From: a virus
Taxonomy: Duplodnaviria > Caudoviricetes
DNA: 64,000 nt
IMG/VR virus record: IMGVR_UViG_3300037781_000042
Coordinates: 128,001 to 192,000 of that record
Reading direction: 5' to 3' (one strand)
Below, piece after piece: positions 29,753-37,782 of this stretch. The notes under the pieces are model-generated. The model was not told the origin of the DNA. It did not search any database and saw only the letters and a program-made list of their open reading frames with translations. Position numbers and translations under genes: made by a program. Position 1 is the first letter of the stretch; each line of letters opens with the position of its first letter.

Positions 29753-31747
29753 TTATTTTATTTTATTTAATATTCCTAAGCCAGTTTCATCTGCAAATCT
29801 ATTTACAAGCTGTTTGAACGTTTTAATTTTTTTAGAATCTATTTCTGCTTCTAATTTTGGGATAGCAGCTTCAATTTTTGCGATATCTGCAGGAGGAGCT
29901 AATTTAATTACATCTGGTGATATTGAACCATTTAAAATTTCTTTTAACTGTTTTTGAGAAAATTTGTATTTTGAAATAACTTTTATTTGTAACCCATTAA
30001 AATAAGATTGTACCTGTTTAAAAGCTTCTCTTGTCCAATCTGAAATTCCTTCATTCATTTTATTATACTCCGTAAAATTTTTAAATCTTTTATTTTGATT
30101 ACTTTCGTTCATAACATCTTTTTTATTTTCTCTGAAATTTCTAAAAGATGATATTGTAGATTCTTCTAACATACTATCGGGAACTATGTATTTTTGATTT
30201 GTTGCTGTTGATGATTGTGCCATAGTAGTACCTTTAAATTCTCCAGGTCCTGTAAATTCTCGGGAAGGTTTTCCACTAGAATCTATAATACCTAAATCTT
30301 TTACTTTTTTATTAATTTGTTGTAATTCTGCTTCAGTTTCTTTTTTAGCTAATCCTACAAGTTTTTCAAATTCTTCTGCTTCTTGTTGTTTTGCAAAAAG
30401 CTCTTGATACGCAGGAATCATTTCAACTATATTTTTAATATACTTAACTATCGCTCCTACTAATTTTAATAAAGTTTGAGGAAATATTTCAATTGCAGAA
30501 AATACTTCTTCTATTAAATTATCAATTCCATCTACATATCCTCCCATAGTAGACATTACTTTTTCTTTCATTTGCGAAGTAGCATTACTTAATTTAGCAG
30601 AAATACTTTTAACAATATTTTCTAATCCAGTAAGAAAATCTAAAATAGAATAAGCTTTTCCTTTTTCTAATCCAGTTACTGATTTTTTACCTAAATTTTT
30701 GCCTGTAAAATAAACTAACATTGCAGCTAGAAAATGTTGACCAAAATGTATAGTAGCATGTTTATTAATAGAAATCATAAAAGCCTTTTTAAAACTTCTT
30801 TGAGCTATTCCAACCATTATTTTACTAAAAACTTCTTTTAAAGACATTGAAACTTGTCTTGCTACAGTTTCAGCAGCTTTCTTATATCCTGGGCCACCAA
30901 GTAAACCAAATGGAGCAACAGTAATACTTACCACCCCCATCAAGGCGTGCATCGTACCGTTTGAAAATACATCAATAGGATGTCCTAATCCTTTGTCAGC
31001 TTCTAATAATAAAGATTCATTTGCTCCTTTATAAAATTCATAGCTTCCATCTTCTTTTCTTACTACTCCATATTGTTTTCCTGATTTAATATCTTTTACG
31101 GCAAGAACTCCATCTATCTTAGTTTTCTTTGCTTTATTAGAATCAAATTCAATATCACCTAATTTTTGAATATTTTCTTCTCCACCAGAACCGTCGAATC
31201 TTTTAGCAGTTTCCTCTAAAGAACCCATATCTTTAGAAGCTTCTAAACATTCAAAAATTCCACCTGCAAGTAATCCTACTCCTCCAAGAAGAGCTAAAGT
31301 AATACTTACTGGTTTTAAAACTGGTAGAAAACTAGAAGCAAGAGCAAAAAATTCACAAAGAGCGCCAACACTTAAAAGAACTCCAGAAGCATTTCCTCTT
31401 CCAATAGCTTTTAAATTATCTACAATATGTCCAGCTGCACCTGCTGCATAACTAGGTAATTCTTTAACTGCTCCCCAAAGATCATTCCAAAAACCAGAAT
31501 CTTCATTAATAGATTCTTTTTCTAATAAAGTATTTGAAATTAGAGCTACGTTACCTCCTCCAAATACTAAAGTTTTTCCTTTTCCTGTATCGTATTTGTA
31601 AAGTTGATCTTTTGATTCTACTATCCATTTACAATTTTCTACTAAATGACTTTGTTCATCTTGAGATGATTCAAAAATCATTTTTAAGTTTTCAACAGAT
31701 TCAGAATATTGTTTTTGTCTTTCTTCTAAATTTATAAAGTTATTCAT
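29753..31747 (-). CDS. large membrane-segment-containing putative internal/ejection protein
   Basis: Several G/A-rich hydrophobic helices; many (I/L/M)-x-E motifs; internal leader-like RFKNFTEYNKMNE. Confidence 0.45.
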   Translation of the reverse strand: MNNFINLEERQKQYSESVENLKMIFESSQDEQSHLVENCKWIVESKDQLYKYDTGKGKTLVFGGGNVALISNTLLEKESINEDSGFWNDLWGAVKELPSYAAGAAGHIVDNLKAIGRGNASGVLLSVGALCEFFALASSFLPVLKPVSITLALLGGVGLLAGGIFECLEASKDMGSLEETAKRFDGSGGEENIQKLGDIEFDSNKAKKTKIDGVLAVKDIKSGKQYGVVRKEDGSYEFYKGANESLLLEADKGLGHPIDVFSNGTMHALMGVVSITVAPFGLLGGPGYKKAAETVARQVSMSLKEVFSKIMVGIAQRSFKKAFMISINKHATIHFGQHFLAAMLVYFTGKNLGKKSVTGLEKGKAYSILDFLTGLENIVKSISAKLSNATSQMKEKVMSTMGGYVDGIDNLIEEVFSAIEIFPQTLLKLVGAIVKYIKNIVEMIPAYQELFAKQQEAEEFEKLVGLAKKETEAELQQINKKVKDLGIIDSSGKPSREFTGPGEFKGTTMAQSSTATNQKYIVPDSMLEESTISSFRNFRENKKDVMNESNQNKRFKNFTEYNKMNEGISDWTREAFKQVQSYFNGLQIKVISKYKFSQKQLKEILNGSISPDVIKLAPPADIAKIEAAIPKLEAEIDSKKIKTFKQLVNRFADETGLGILNKIK

Positions 31748-32061
31748 TTTTTCTTTTTACGTTTCTTTTTTCTTAAATATTTTGATTTAACTCCTTTTTT
31801 AGTACCATTCATAAGATTAGAAAAAGATTGAATTAATTTTTGAGGGTCTCCGTCCTTTAAATTTTTAGTAAGCATTCTTTCAAGTTCTTTTTTTCCTTCT
31901 TCGCTTGAAAATTTTTCATTAATTTTTTCTAAATCTAAATTTTCAGGATCTAAAGCAAATTGTTTTTGAACCTCTTCAGCTACTTCTTCTGCAGATTCAA
32001 CAATATGATCTACGTTACCTAATTCTTCTTTTAATAGTTCTTTATTCGAAGTTTCTTTCAT
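31744..32061 (-). CDS. hypothetical charged protein (late)
   Basis: Starts 3 nt after AGATATATAG; basic C-terminal tail. Confidence 0.5.
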   Translation of the reverse strand: MKETSNKELLKEELGNVDHIVESAEEVAEEVQKQFALDPENLDLEKINEKFSSEEGKKELERMLTKNLKDGDPQKLIQSFSNLMNGTKKGVKSKYLRKKKRKKKK

Positions 32062-32064
32062 AAT

Positions 32065-32074
32065 CTATATATCT
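32065..32074 (-). promoter_or_regulatory. candidate late promoter AGATATATAG, 3 nt before the ATG at 32061
   Basis: Same geometry as at 19061 and 26457; overlaps the stop codon of the upstream gene. Confidence 0.5.
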
Positions 32075-32229
32075 TTCCTTAATGTAGGATCAATTGGTTG
32101 TTGTTTCTTTTTCTTTTGTTCTTTACTAAATTCTACTAAGTTTTCTAAAATTTCTTCAAATCTAAAATAATCAATAGAATCTACATCTGAAAGACTTATT
32201 GGAAATCTTTCAAATATTAATTTAGACAT
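32065..32229 (-). CDS. baseplate hub assembly protein, gp51-like (start moved from 32319 to 32229)
   Basis: MSKLIFERFPISLSDVDSIDYFRFEEILENLVEFSKEQ matches the short helical gp51 pattern; follows the gp26-like gene without overlap. Confidence 0.5.
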   Translation of the reverse strand: MSKLIFERFPISLSDVDSIDYFRFEEILENLVEFSKEQKKKKQQPIDPTLRKDI

Positions 32230-32233
32230 TACC

Positions 32234-33226
32234 TTATTTAGCGAATCTGTACGGATCAGAAACAAGGAAGATGGATAAAAGTCCTGAGGGAAACTGAAAG
32301 GGTACGGTGACCTCGGCACCGCAGGATTTACAATTATCTATTGTCTTATTTACCATTTGCTTTTTAAAATCTTCTATAACTTTTAAAAATAAAGAATATT
32401 TTTCAGTTGACCATTTATATGTTTCTAGAATTTGATTATCTAATCTATCTTCAGTCATATTTTCCCAATCAAGATTTAGATATTTAATATTTTCTAAAAT
32501 ATCAACTTCTACTTTATTTCCTTTTCTTCTTTTAGTAGAAATATAATTTTCTATAACGCTTGTAGTTAAAATCATAGGAGGTTTAATTTCTAAAGTTTCT
32601 CCATCATTAAAATTAAAACTATAACATCTTTTAGAAGCATTGTAAAAATTAGATAAATTCTGGTCTTCTTCAAAAAATACTGTATTGCTTGTAAATATTT
32701 CTATTCCACAGGCTTGTCCACATTTAGGACAACTAGAAGGATTTTTTATTTTATTTGGAATATGATAAAAAGTTAAATCTCTTACTGCTAATAAGAAAAA
32801 GATTTTATCCATTTCTAACATATAATTAGTACTATATTGTTTTGGTCCTACTGAATATTTTACTGTAGGATTTAGTATTCCATTTATAGATTGGTTTATA
32901 GTATATGCATCTTTTTGTGCATAAGAAGAAAACGTTCTTATTTCAGTTGTTTGTCCTCCTCTAATTCTAAATGTAGAATTTTCAGGGTAAAACATTACAG
33001 CAGAAGGAATTATTTCTTTATTTAATTCTATGTAACCTACATTATTATCTTTAGGTTCTTCTACAAAAAGTTTCTTTTCCGAAGGTTTCGTTTCTTCTTG
33101 CTCTTCTTCAGGTTCTTCTGAAGGTTTTTCATTTACGTCTTGATTTACACCAAGTTGTTTTTCTCTTTCTTCTAATTCTTTTATTTGATCTTCATCAAAA
33201 TTTACAAATTTATTTTTATCTTTCAT
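32234..33226 (-). CDS. baseplate hub subunit / tail assembly chaperone, gp26-like
   Basis: DKIFFLLAVRDLT, CPKCG and CKSCG zinc motifs, LEIKPP, terminal VTVPFQFPSGLLSIF. Confidence 0.65.
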   Translation of the reverse strand: MKDKNKFVNFDEDQIKELEEREKQLGVNQDVNEKPSEEPEEEQEETKPSEKKLFVEEPKDNNVGYIELNKEIIPSAVMFYPENSTFRIRGGQTTEIRTFSSYAQKDAYTINQSINGILNPTVKYSVGPKQYSTNYMLEMDKIFFLLAVRDLTFYHIPNKIKNPSSCPKCGQACGIEIFTSNTVFFEEDQNLSNFYNASKRCYSFNFNDGETLEIKPPMILTTSVIENYISTKRRKGNKVEVDILENIKYLNLDWENMTEDRLDNQILETYKWSTEKYSLFLKVIEDFKKQMVNKTIDNCKSCGAEVTVPFQFPSGLLSIFLVSDPYRFAK

Positions 33227-33227
33227 A

Positions 33228-34076
33228 TTAAAATGGGCTTAAGTCTTTAAAATCAAACTCTAAAATATTTCCTAATTCGTATTGAACTCCTAATCCTAAA
33301 TAAAATATTGGACCTGTAGTATTTTCTTGTCCTGGAAAAGGATTTACTCCTATACCTGCCTGAATTCCCCAGTTAATTTCAACATCTTTATTTTCTCTAG
33401 GAATGTATTTGTCAACAAATTTTTCTACTACTAAAGGATCAATAACACTTTTTACTTGATCTATGCTTACATTTTCATTTGGAGAAGTTGCTATAACAGA
33501 AATGCTATTATCATCATTCATTGTAGTAAGCATAAATATTTCTATATTGTAATCATCTCTAGTTATATACGTTTTTCCTGGAAAAATAACTACATTATCT
33601 CCACTTACTTCTACAGAATAATCAGTTTCTCCACTTAAATATCTACTTAACCCTTGTTCTTGTTTATCAAAGAACCAAGAGAATTTACCTTTTCCATCAT
33701 TATAAGTCATTTGAGTATTTGTAGAATCTCCTGTTAAACCTGTAATTGAAACATCTGCTTCTTGAGCAAAAATAACTTCTGTATCAGGTCTAGCAAGCTT
33801 TAATGAATCTACTTGATTTTGCAATCTTTGAGACCAATCACTTAAAGAATCAGTTGTTTGTAAAAGAACATAATTTTCAGAATATTCAGTATTCCATTTT
33901 GTTTTCCATTTAATTGTAGAATCTTTCAAAGCTTTTTCGTTTTGCTCGTGTATTCTTTGATTAATTTTAATCTGTTTATTGCTATCAAAAAGCATTAATA
34001 AAATAATTACAATTATAGCTATTAAACCTACTCTATGAAATGTAGGATTTTTTAAAATACTTTTAAAATTTTCCAT
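33228..34076 (-). CDS. membrane-anchored coiled-coil protein, possible spanin-like lysis accessory
   Basis: N-terminal TM, coiled coil, and C-terminal WGIQAGIGV...FYLGLGVQYEL amphipathic beta hairpin. Confidence 0.45.
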   Translation of the reverse strand: MENFKSILKNPTFHRVGLIAIIVIILLMLFDSNKQIKINQRIHEQNEKALKDSTIKWKTKWNTEYSENYVLLQTTDSLSDWSQRLQNQVDSLKLARPDTEVIFAQEADVSITGLTGDSTNTQMTYNDGKGKFSWFFDKQEQGLSRYLSGETDYSVEVSGDNVVIFPGKTYITRDDYNIEIFMLTTMNDDNSISVIATSPNENVSIDQVKSVIDPLVVEKFVDKYIPRENKDVEINWGIQAGIGVNPFPGQENTTGPIFYLGLGVQYELGNILEFDFKDLSPF

Positions 34077-34272
34077 CAGGACACTTAAATTTTTTGAACT
34101 TTGTTTTTATTTTCATATCACATCCACATTTACCGCATCTTGAATTAGATTTAATAAAATATGGACAACTAAAACATGTTTCTAATCTTTTTACTCTTTC
34201 ATCAGAAGAAACATGCATAGTTTTTTCAATATGTTCTTCTACCTTTTTTCTCATGTTATCAAGATTATCCAT
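34063..34272 (-). CDS. small Cys-rich zinc-binding protein
   Basis: CFSCPY, CGKCGC and KCPDGKF motifs; AAGGAG upstream. Confidence 0.6.
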   Translation of the reverse strand: MDNLDNMRKKVEEHIEKTMHVSSDERVKRLETCFSCPYFIKSNSRCGKCGCDMKIKTKFKKFKCPDGKF

Positions 34273-34297
34273 AGTTTTTTCGCAACTCCTTTTATTA

Positions 34298-34325
34298 ATT
34301 ATACTTTAAAAATATTTAAAAGTTT
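34298..34325 (-). promoter_or_regulatory. candidate AAACTTT-N15-TATAAT promoter
   Basis: Exact 15-nt spacing, conserved in four copies. Confidence 0.65.
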
Positions 34326-34330
34326 ACTGA

Positions 34331-34340
34331 AAATATATAT
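34331..34340 (+). promoter_or_regulatory. candidate late promoter AAATATATAT
   Basis: 26 nt upstream of the leader-bearing gene at 34367. Confidence 0.45.
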
Positions 34341-34366
34341 TATTAAGGAAATCAACTGAAAATGAA

Positions 34367-35989
34367 ATGAATAAAATAGTAAAAGGATATACAGAATTTT
34401 TAAATGAATCTAAAGCAACTGCTAAAAGAAGGTTCTTAGAAACAGATAAAATAGATAAAGAAACTTTTGATAAATTAGTTTCTATAGATCCAAGTTCATC
34501 ATTTAAATATGTAGAAAAAATGATCGAATATCACTTAGAACATAAAGTTGATGTAGAAGCTTTAGAAAAGCAAATAAAAGAATTTGACAAATTATCTTCT
34601 AGAAATTTAATTAAAAATAAAGATATTCAAAGATTAAGTTATGAAGATTTCAAAAAGGAAATAGATCAAGGGTCAACTAAACTAGAAACTAAAGAATATC
34701 AGAAAGAAAAAGAAGAGGGAATACAGGTTATTCTTGATAATGAATATTTTAGAGTAGTTGTTCCAGATACAGAAGAAGCTTCTTGTAAATATGGTCAAGG
34801 AACTAGATGGTGTACGGCTGCTACCAGATCGCAAAACCGTTTTAAAGAGTATCGATACAGAGATGATGTTACTCTTTACTATATTTTAGACAAAAGAAAA
34901 TCTAAAGAAGACAGTTTACATCAAATTGCTGTAGCTATTTATCCAAACGGAAATTCTAACGTATTTGATGCAACAGATTATTCTATGTCATTTGAAGAAA
35001 TTCCAAAAGAATTGTTTAAATATATTCCAGCAAATACCTTTAGACCTAGGAATTTAAGTATTGAATTGAATCAATTTGAAAAATTTGGGATAGAGAAAAA
35101 TAATTTAAAAAAATTAGAAAATGGGTTATACTACTATAAAGGAGATCTTCATTTAAGTAAAGAAGTATTTGATTTTTTAGAAAAAGAAAATATTTATTTA
35201 GAAGCTGTAGAAGGAACTATAAAAATATTAAATGATGATAAATTAACAAATCTTAAAATGCTTCAACATTTAAAAGTTGCAATTTCATTTATTTTAGAAG
35301 GATGTGAAAATTTAACTTCTTTAGAAGATCTTAAACAGTTAACACATATACATAAATATCTTACTATAAGACATTTAAACATTACAAATTTAAAAGGATT
35401 AGAAAACTTACAACAAGCAACATATCTTAATTTAGGGTACAACCAATTATATACTTTAGAACATCTTAAAAGCTTAACAGAGGTGGAAGACTTGTCTTTA
35501 CCTAATAATAAGTTAACAAATTTAAAGGGGTTAGGGAAAATTAAATCTCTTTATACTCTGAACGTACAAACAAATTATTTAAAAGATTTTAAAGGTTTAG
35601 AAAAATTAGAAAAATTATTTATGTTATATTGTTCAAACAATCAAATTGAAAATTTTAACGGTTTAGAAGGATTAAAAAATGAAAAAATATTTAGTATTTC
35701 TATAATTAAAAATAAATTAACAATTTTAAAATTTCCATCTTCAATTAAAATTATAGAAAATATAAATCTACATAAAAATCCTATAATTTCTCCTAAAACA
35801 AAAATAGAAATACAGGATATTATACATAATTATACAGGAAGCGGATTTAATTTAAAAACAGGAATTGAAGAATTTTTGAAATTAACAAAGGAAGAACAAG
35901 AAAGAGCTTTAGAAAAATTAAAAGACTGGGATCCTGAAGCCTACAATAAAACATTAAAATATATAAATAAAATGAACAATAAAAAATAG
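34367..35989 (+). CDS. WCTA-domain LRR protein (family B) with capsid-targeting-like leader
   Basis: MNKIVKGYTEFLNE leader; DPSSSFKYVEK; SCKYGQGTRWCTAA; SDS22-like LxxLxGLxxL repeats; WDPEAY cap. Confidence 0.85.
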   Translation: MNKIVKGYTEFLNESKATAKRRFLETDKIDKETFDKLVSIDPSSSFKYVEKMIEYHLEHKVDVEALEKQIKEFDKLSSRNLIKNKDIQRLSYEDFKKEIDQGSTKLETKEYQKEKEEGIQVILDNEYFRVVVPDTEEASCKYGQGTRWCTAATRSQNRFKEYRYRDDVTLYYILDKRKSKEDSLHQIAVAIYPNGNSNVFDATDYSMSFEEIPKELFKYIPANTFRPRNLSIELNQFEKFGIEKNNLKKLENGLYYYKGDLHLSKEVFDFLEKENIYLEAVEGTIKILNDDKLTNLKMLQHLKVAISFILEGCENLTSLEDLKQLTHIHKYLTIRHLNITNLKGLENLQQATYLNLGYNQLYTLEHLKSLTEVEDLSLPNNKLTNLKGLGKIKSLYTLNVQTNYLKDFKGLEKLEKLFMLYCSNNQIENFNGLEGLKNEKIFSISIIKNKLTILKFPSSIKIIENINLHKNPIISPKTKIEIQDIIHNYTGSGFNLKTGIEEFLKLTKEEQERALEKLKDWDPEAYNKTLKYINKMNNKK

Positions 35990-35993
35990 AACT

Positions 35994-36830
35994 ATGAAAA
36001 GAAAATATACACAATCTTTTTCAGATAGATTAAACGAAAATAAAAATGTTTCTACTAAAAAAGAAAATAAAATAGATAAACTTATTAGTGATTTTGATTT
36101 TAAAAAATCAAACATTAAATTAGGTAAAATTACAGAATCTGTAGAAAAAGACTTTTCTTCTGGAGATAAAACTTTTAAAGCATTTACATATTTGAAAGAA
36201 AATAAATTTGTTTCTGATATTTATGAAATAGATACAGAAAATAAAAAGATGAAGAAAGTTCAAACTATTTCTCCAGAAACAGAAGCAGGAAGAGCTTCAT
36301 GGGAAGTAGAAAAAGCAGGAAGAGAACTTATTGGAGAATCTTTAAATGAAAATGATGCTAGAAATAGTTATAATTTTAAAGAGTCAGATGATAAAAGAAA
36401 AAGACCTACTGAAGATTTAAAGTATTTAGATAAACTTTTAGACTATGTACAAGAAGAACTAGAAGTAGTAGCAGGAATTTCTGTAGATTTAGAATATCAA
36501 AAACATAATGGATGGTCAGAATTTTATACTTGTAAAGTTTCTATTAATGATCGAAATGTAGGTGAATTTGAATTTAAAGTAAATTCAAAAGGAATTTATG
36601 TTTTATTAATGGGTACTTGGGTAGATACTACAGTAGTAGAATATGACGGTAAAGAGTTAATATCAAATGCTGTAATTGCTATGATGGGATTCCCGATTGC
36701 TGGAGATACTATTAAATCTAAATTAGATGAATTAAAATCTAAGCATCCTGATTTATTCCAAGAAGAAGATTATGACGAAGAAGAGGATGATGATATTGAA
36801 CCGTTATTTCCTCCAATGGGATTAAATTAA
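35994..36830 (+). CDS. internal-protein-like ORF with leader
   Basis: MKRKYTQSFSDRLNE leader; further xxE sites (KITE, SLNE); AAATATATAA at 35957-35966 upstream. Confidence 0.6.
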   Translation: MKRKYTQSFSDRLNENKNVSTKKENKIDKLISDFDFKKSNIKLGKITESVEKDFSSGDKTFKAFTYLKENKFVSDIYEIDTENKKMKKVQTISPETEAGRASWEVEKAGRELIGESLNENDARNSYNFKESDDKRKRPTEDLKYLDKLLDYVQEELEVVAGISVDLEYQKHNGWSEFYTCKVSINDRNVGEFEFKVNSKGIYVLLMGTWVDTTVVEYDGKELISNAVIAMMGFPIAGDTIKSKLDELKSKHPDLFQEEDYDEEEDDDIEPLFPPMGLN

Positions 36831-36856
36831 AATTTAAAATATAAAGAACAAAACAA

Positions 36857-37444
36857 ATGAATAATTACAAACAATTTTCAAAAACGGATACATATTCTGG
36901 AGTTATTACTTACATACGTGACTATGGAGGACAAAAATCTAAAATAACACAAGAAAAAGAATATGTATTTAAAAATATGTTTTTTTCAGAATTTTATAAT
37001 TTATGCAATATTCAATATAATAACCATAAAAGAACAAAAGATCATAATCCAAATACAAAGAAAATAAACAGCTGGATTGTCGATTTGTTAATTAAAAATG
37101 ATCAAACCGGTGAAACTCTTCATATAAAAGAAGAATCGGATATAAATTACTTTTTAAATATTCCAATAGAATATTTATATGCGGAAAATAAAAATATGAA
37201 TAAAGAAAATAAAATAATAGAAAGCTTTGATGAATTTCAAAATGAAAAAGTAAATGAAGAAATTAAAGCATTAGGAACAAGAAGTCAAATAGATGAAGTT
37301 TCTGATTTAATAGATGAGGCATTAAGTAAATCAGAAATTGCATTAGACGATTCACTATTAAGAAAATACCTTTCAGATGCACGAACAAGAATACAATTTA
37401 TTTTAGACGTAATAGAAAAGGAATTACAAACGTCTACAAAATAA
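36857..37444 (+). CDS. hypothetical protein containing an internal in-frame leader-bearing start at 37196
   Basis: Residue 114 begins MNKENKIIESFDEFQNEKVNE. Confidence 0.55.
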   Translation: MNNYKQFSKTDTYSGVITYIRDYGGQKSKITQEKEYVFKNMFFSEFYNLCNIQYNNHKRTKDHNPNTKKINSWIVDLLIKNDQTGETLHIKEESDINYFLNIPIEYLYAENKNMNKENKIIESFDEFQNEKVNEEIKALGTRSQIDEVSDLIDEALSKSEIALDDSLLRKYLSDARTRIQFILDVIEKELQTSTK

Positions 37445-37463
37445 AATTAATTTGTTATAAAAT

Positions 37464-37500
37464 AAAAGAGGACTTAAAAATTAATTTAGGTCCTCTTTTT
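37464..37500. terminator. bidirectional rho-independent terminator
   Basis: aaaagaggac...gtcctctttt stem between convergent genes. Confidence 0.8.
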
Positions 37501-37504
37501 TATT

Positions 37505-37771
37505 TTATTTCTTCTTTCCTTTATTATTATTCTTTTCTTCTACTTCTTCCTCTATATCTTCTGGATATTCTATTTGAAGACTATCTAAAAAAGCATCTAA
37601 TTTAGAATTATCATGTACATCTTGAAACCAACCTACTCCTTGTAGAATTCCCATTGAAGCAGCAATTAAATTTGGATGTGCTTCTGTACCAAGTTTATTA
37701 TTTTCAAAGCATTTAACCAAATAACCTTCAGCTGCTTTCTTTAATTTTTTAGAATATTTTACTTCTATCAT
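37505..37771 (-). CDS. hypothetical protein
   Basis: 88-aa ORF with AAGGAG upstream. Confidence 0.55.
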   Translation of the reverse strand: MIEVKYSKKLKKAAEGYLVKCFENNKLGTEAHPNLIAASMGILQGVGWFQDVHDNSKLDAFLDSLQIEYPEDIEEEVEEKNNNKGKKK

Positions 37772-37782
37772 TTAATTCTCCT

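Noticed and set aside
32230-32319. Extended N-terminus MPRSPYPFSFPQDF of the 32065-32319 ORF
   Set aside because: Overlaps the end of the gp26-like gene; the ATG at 32229 gives a non-overlapping gp51-like protein
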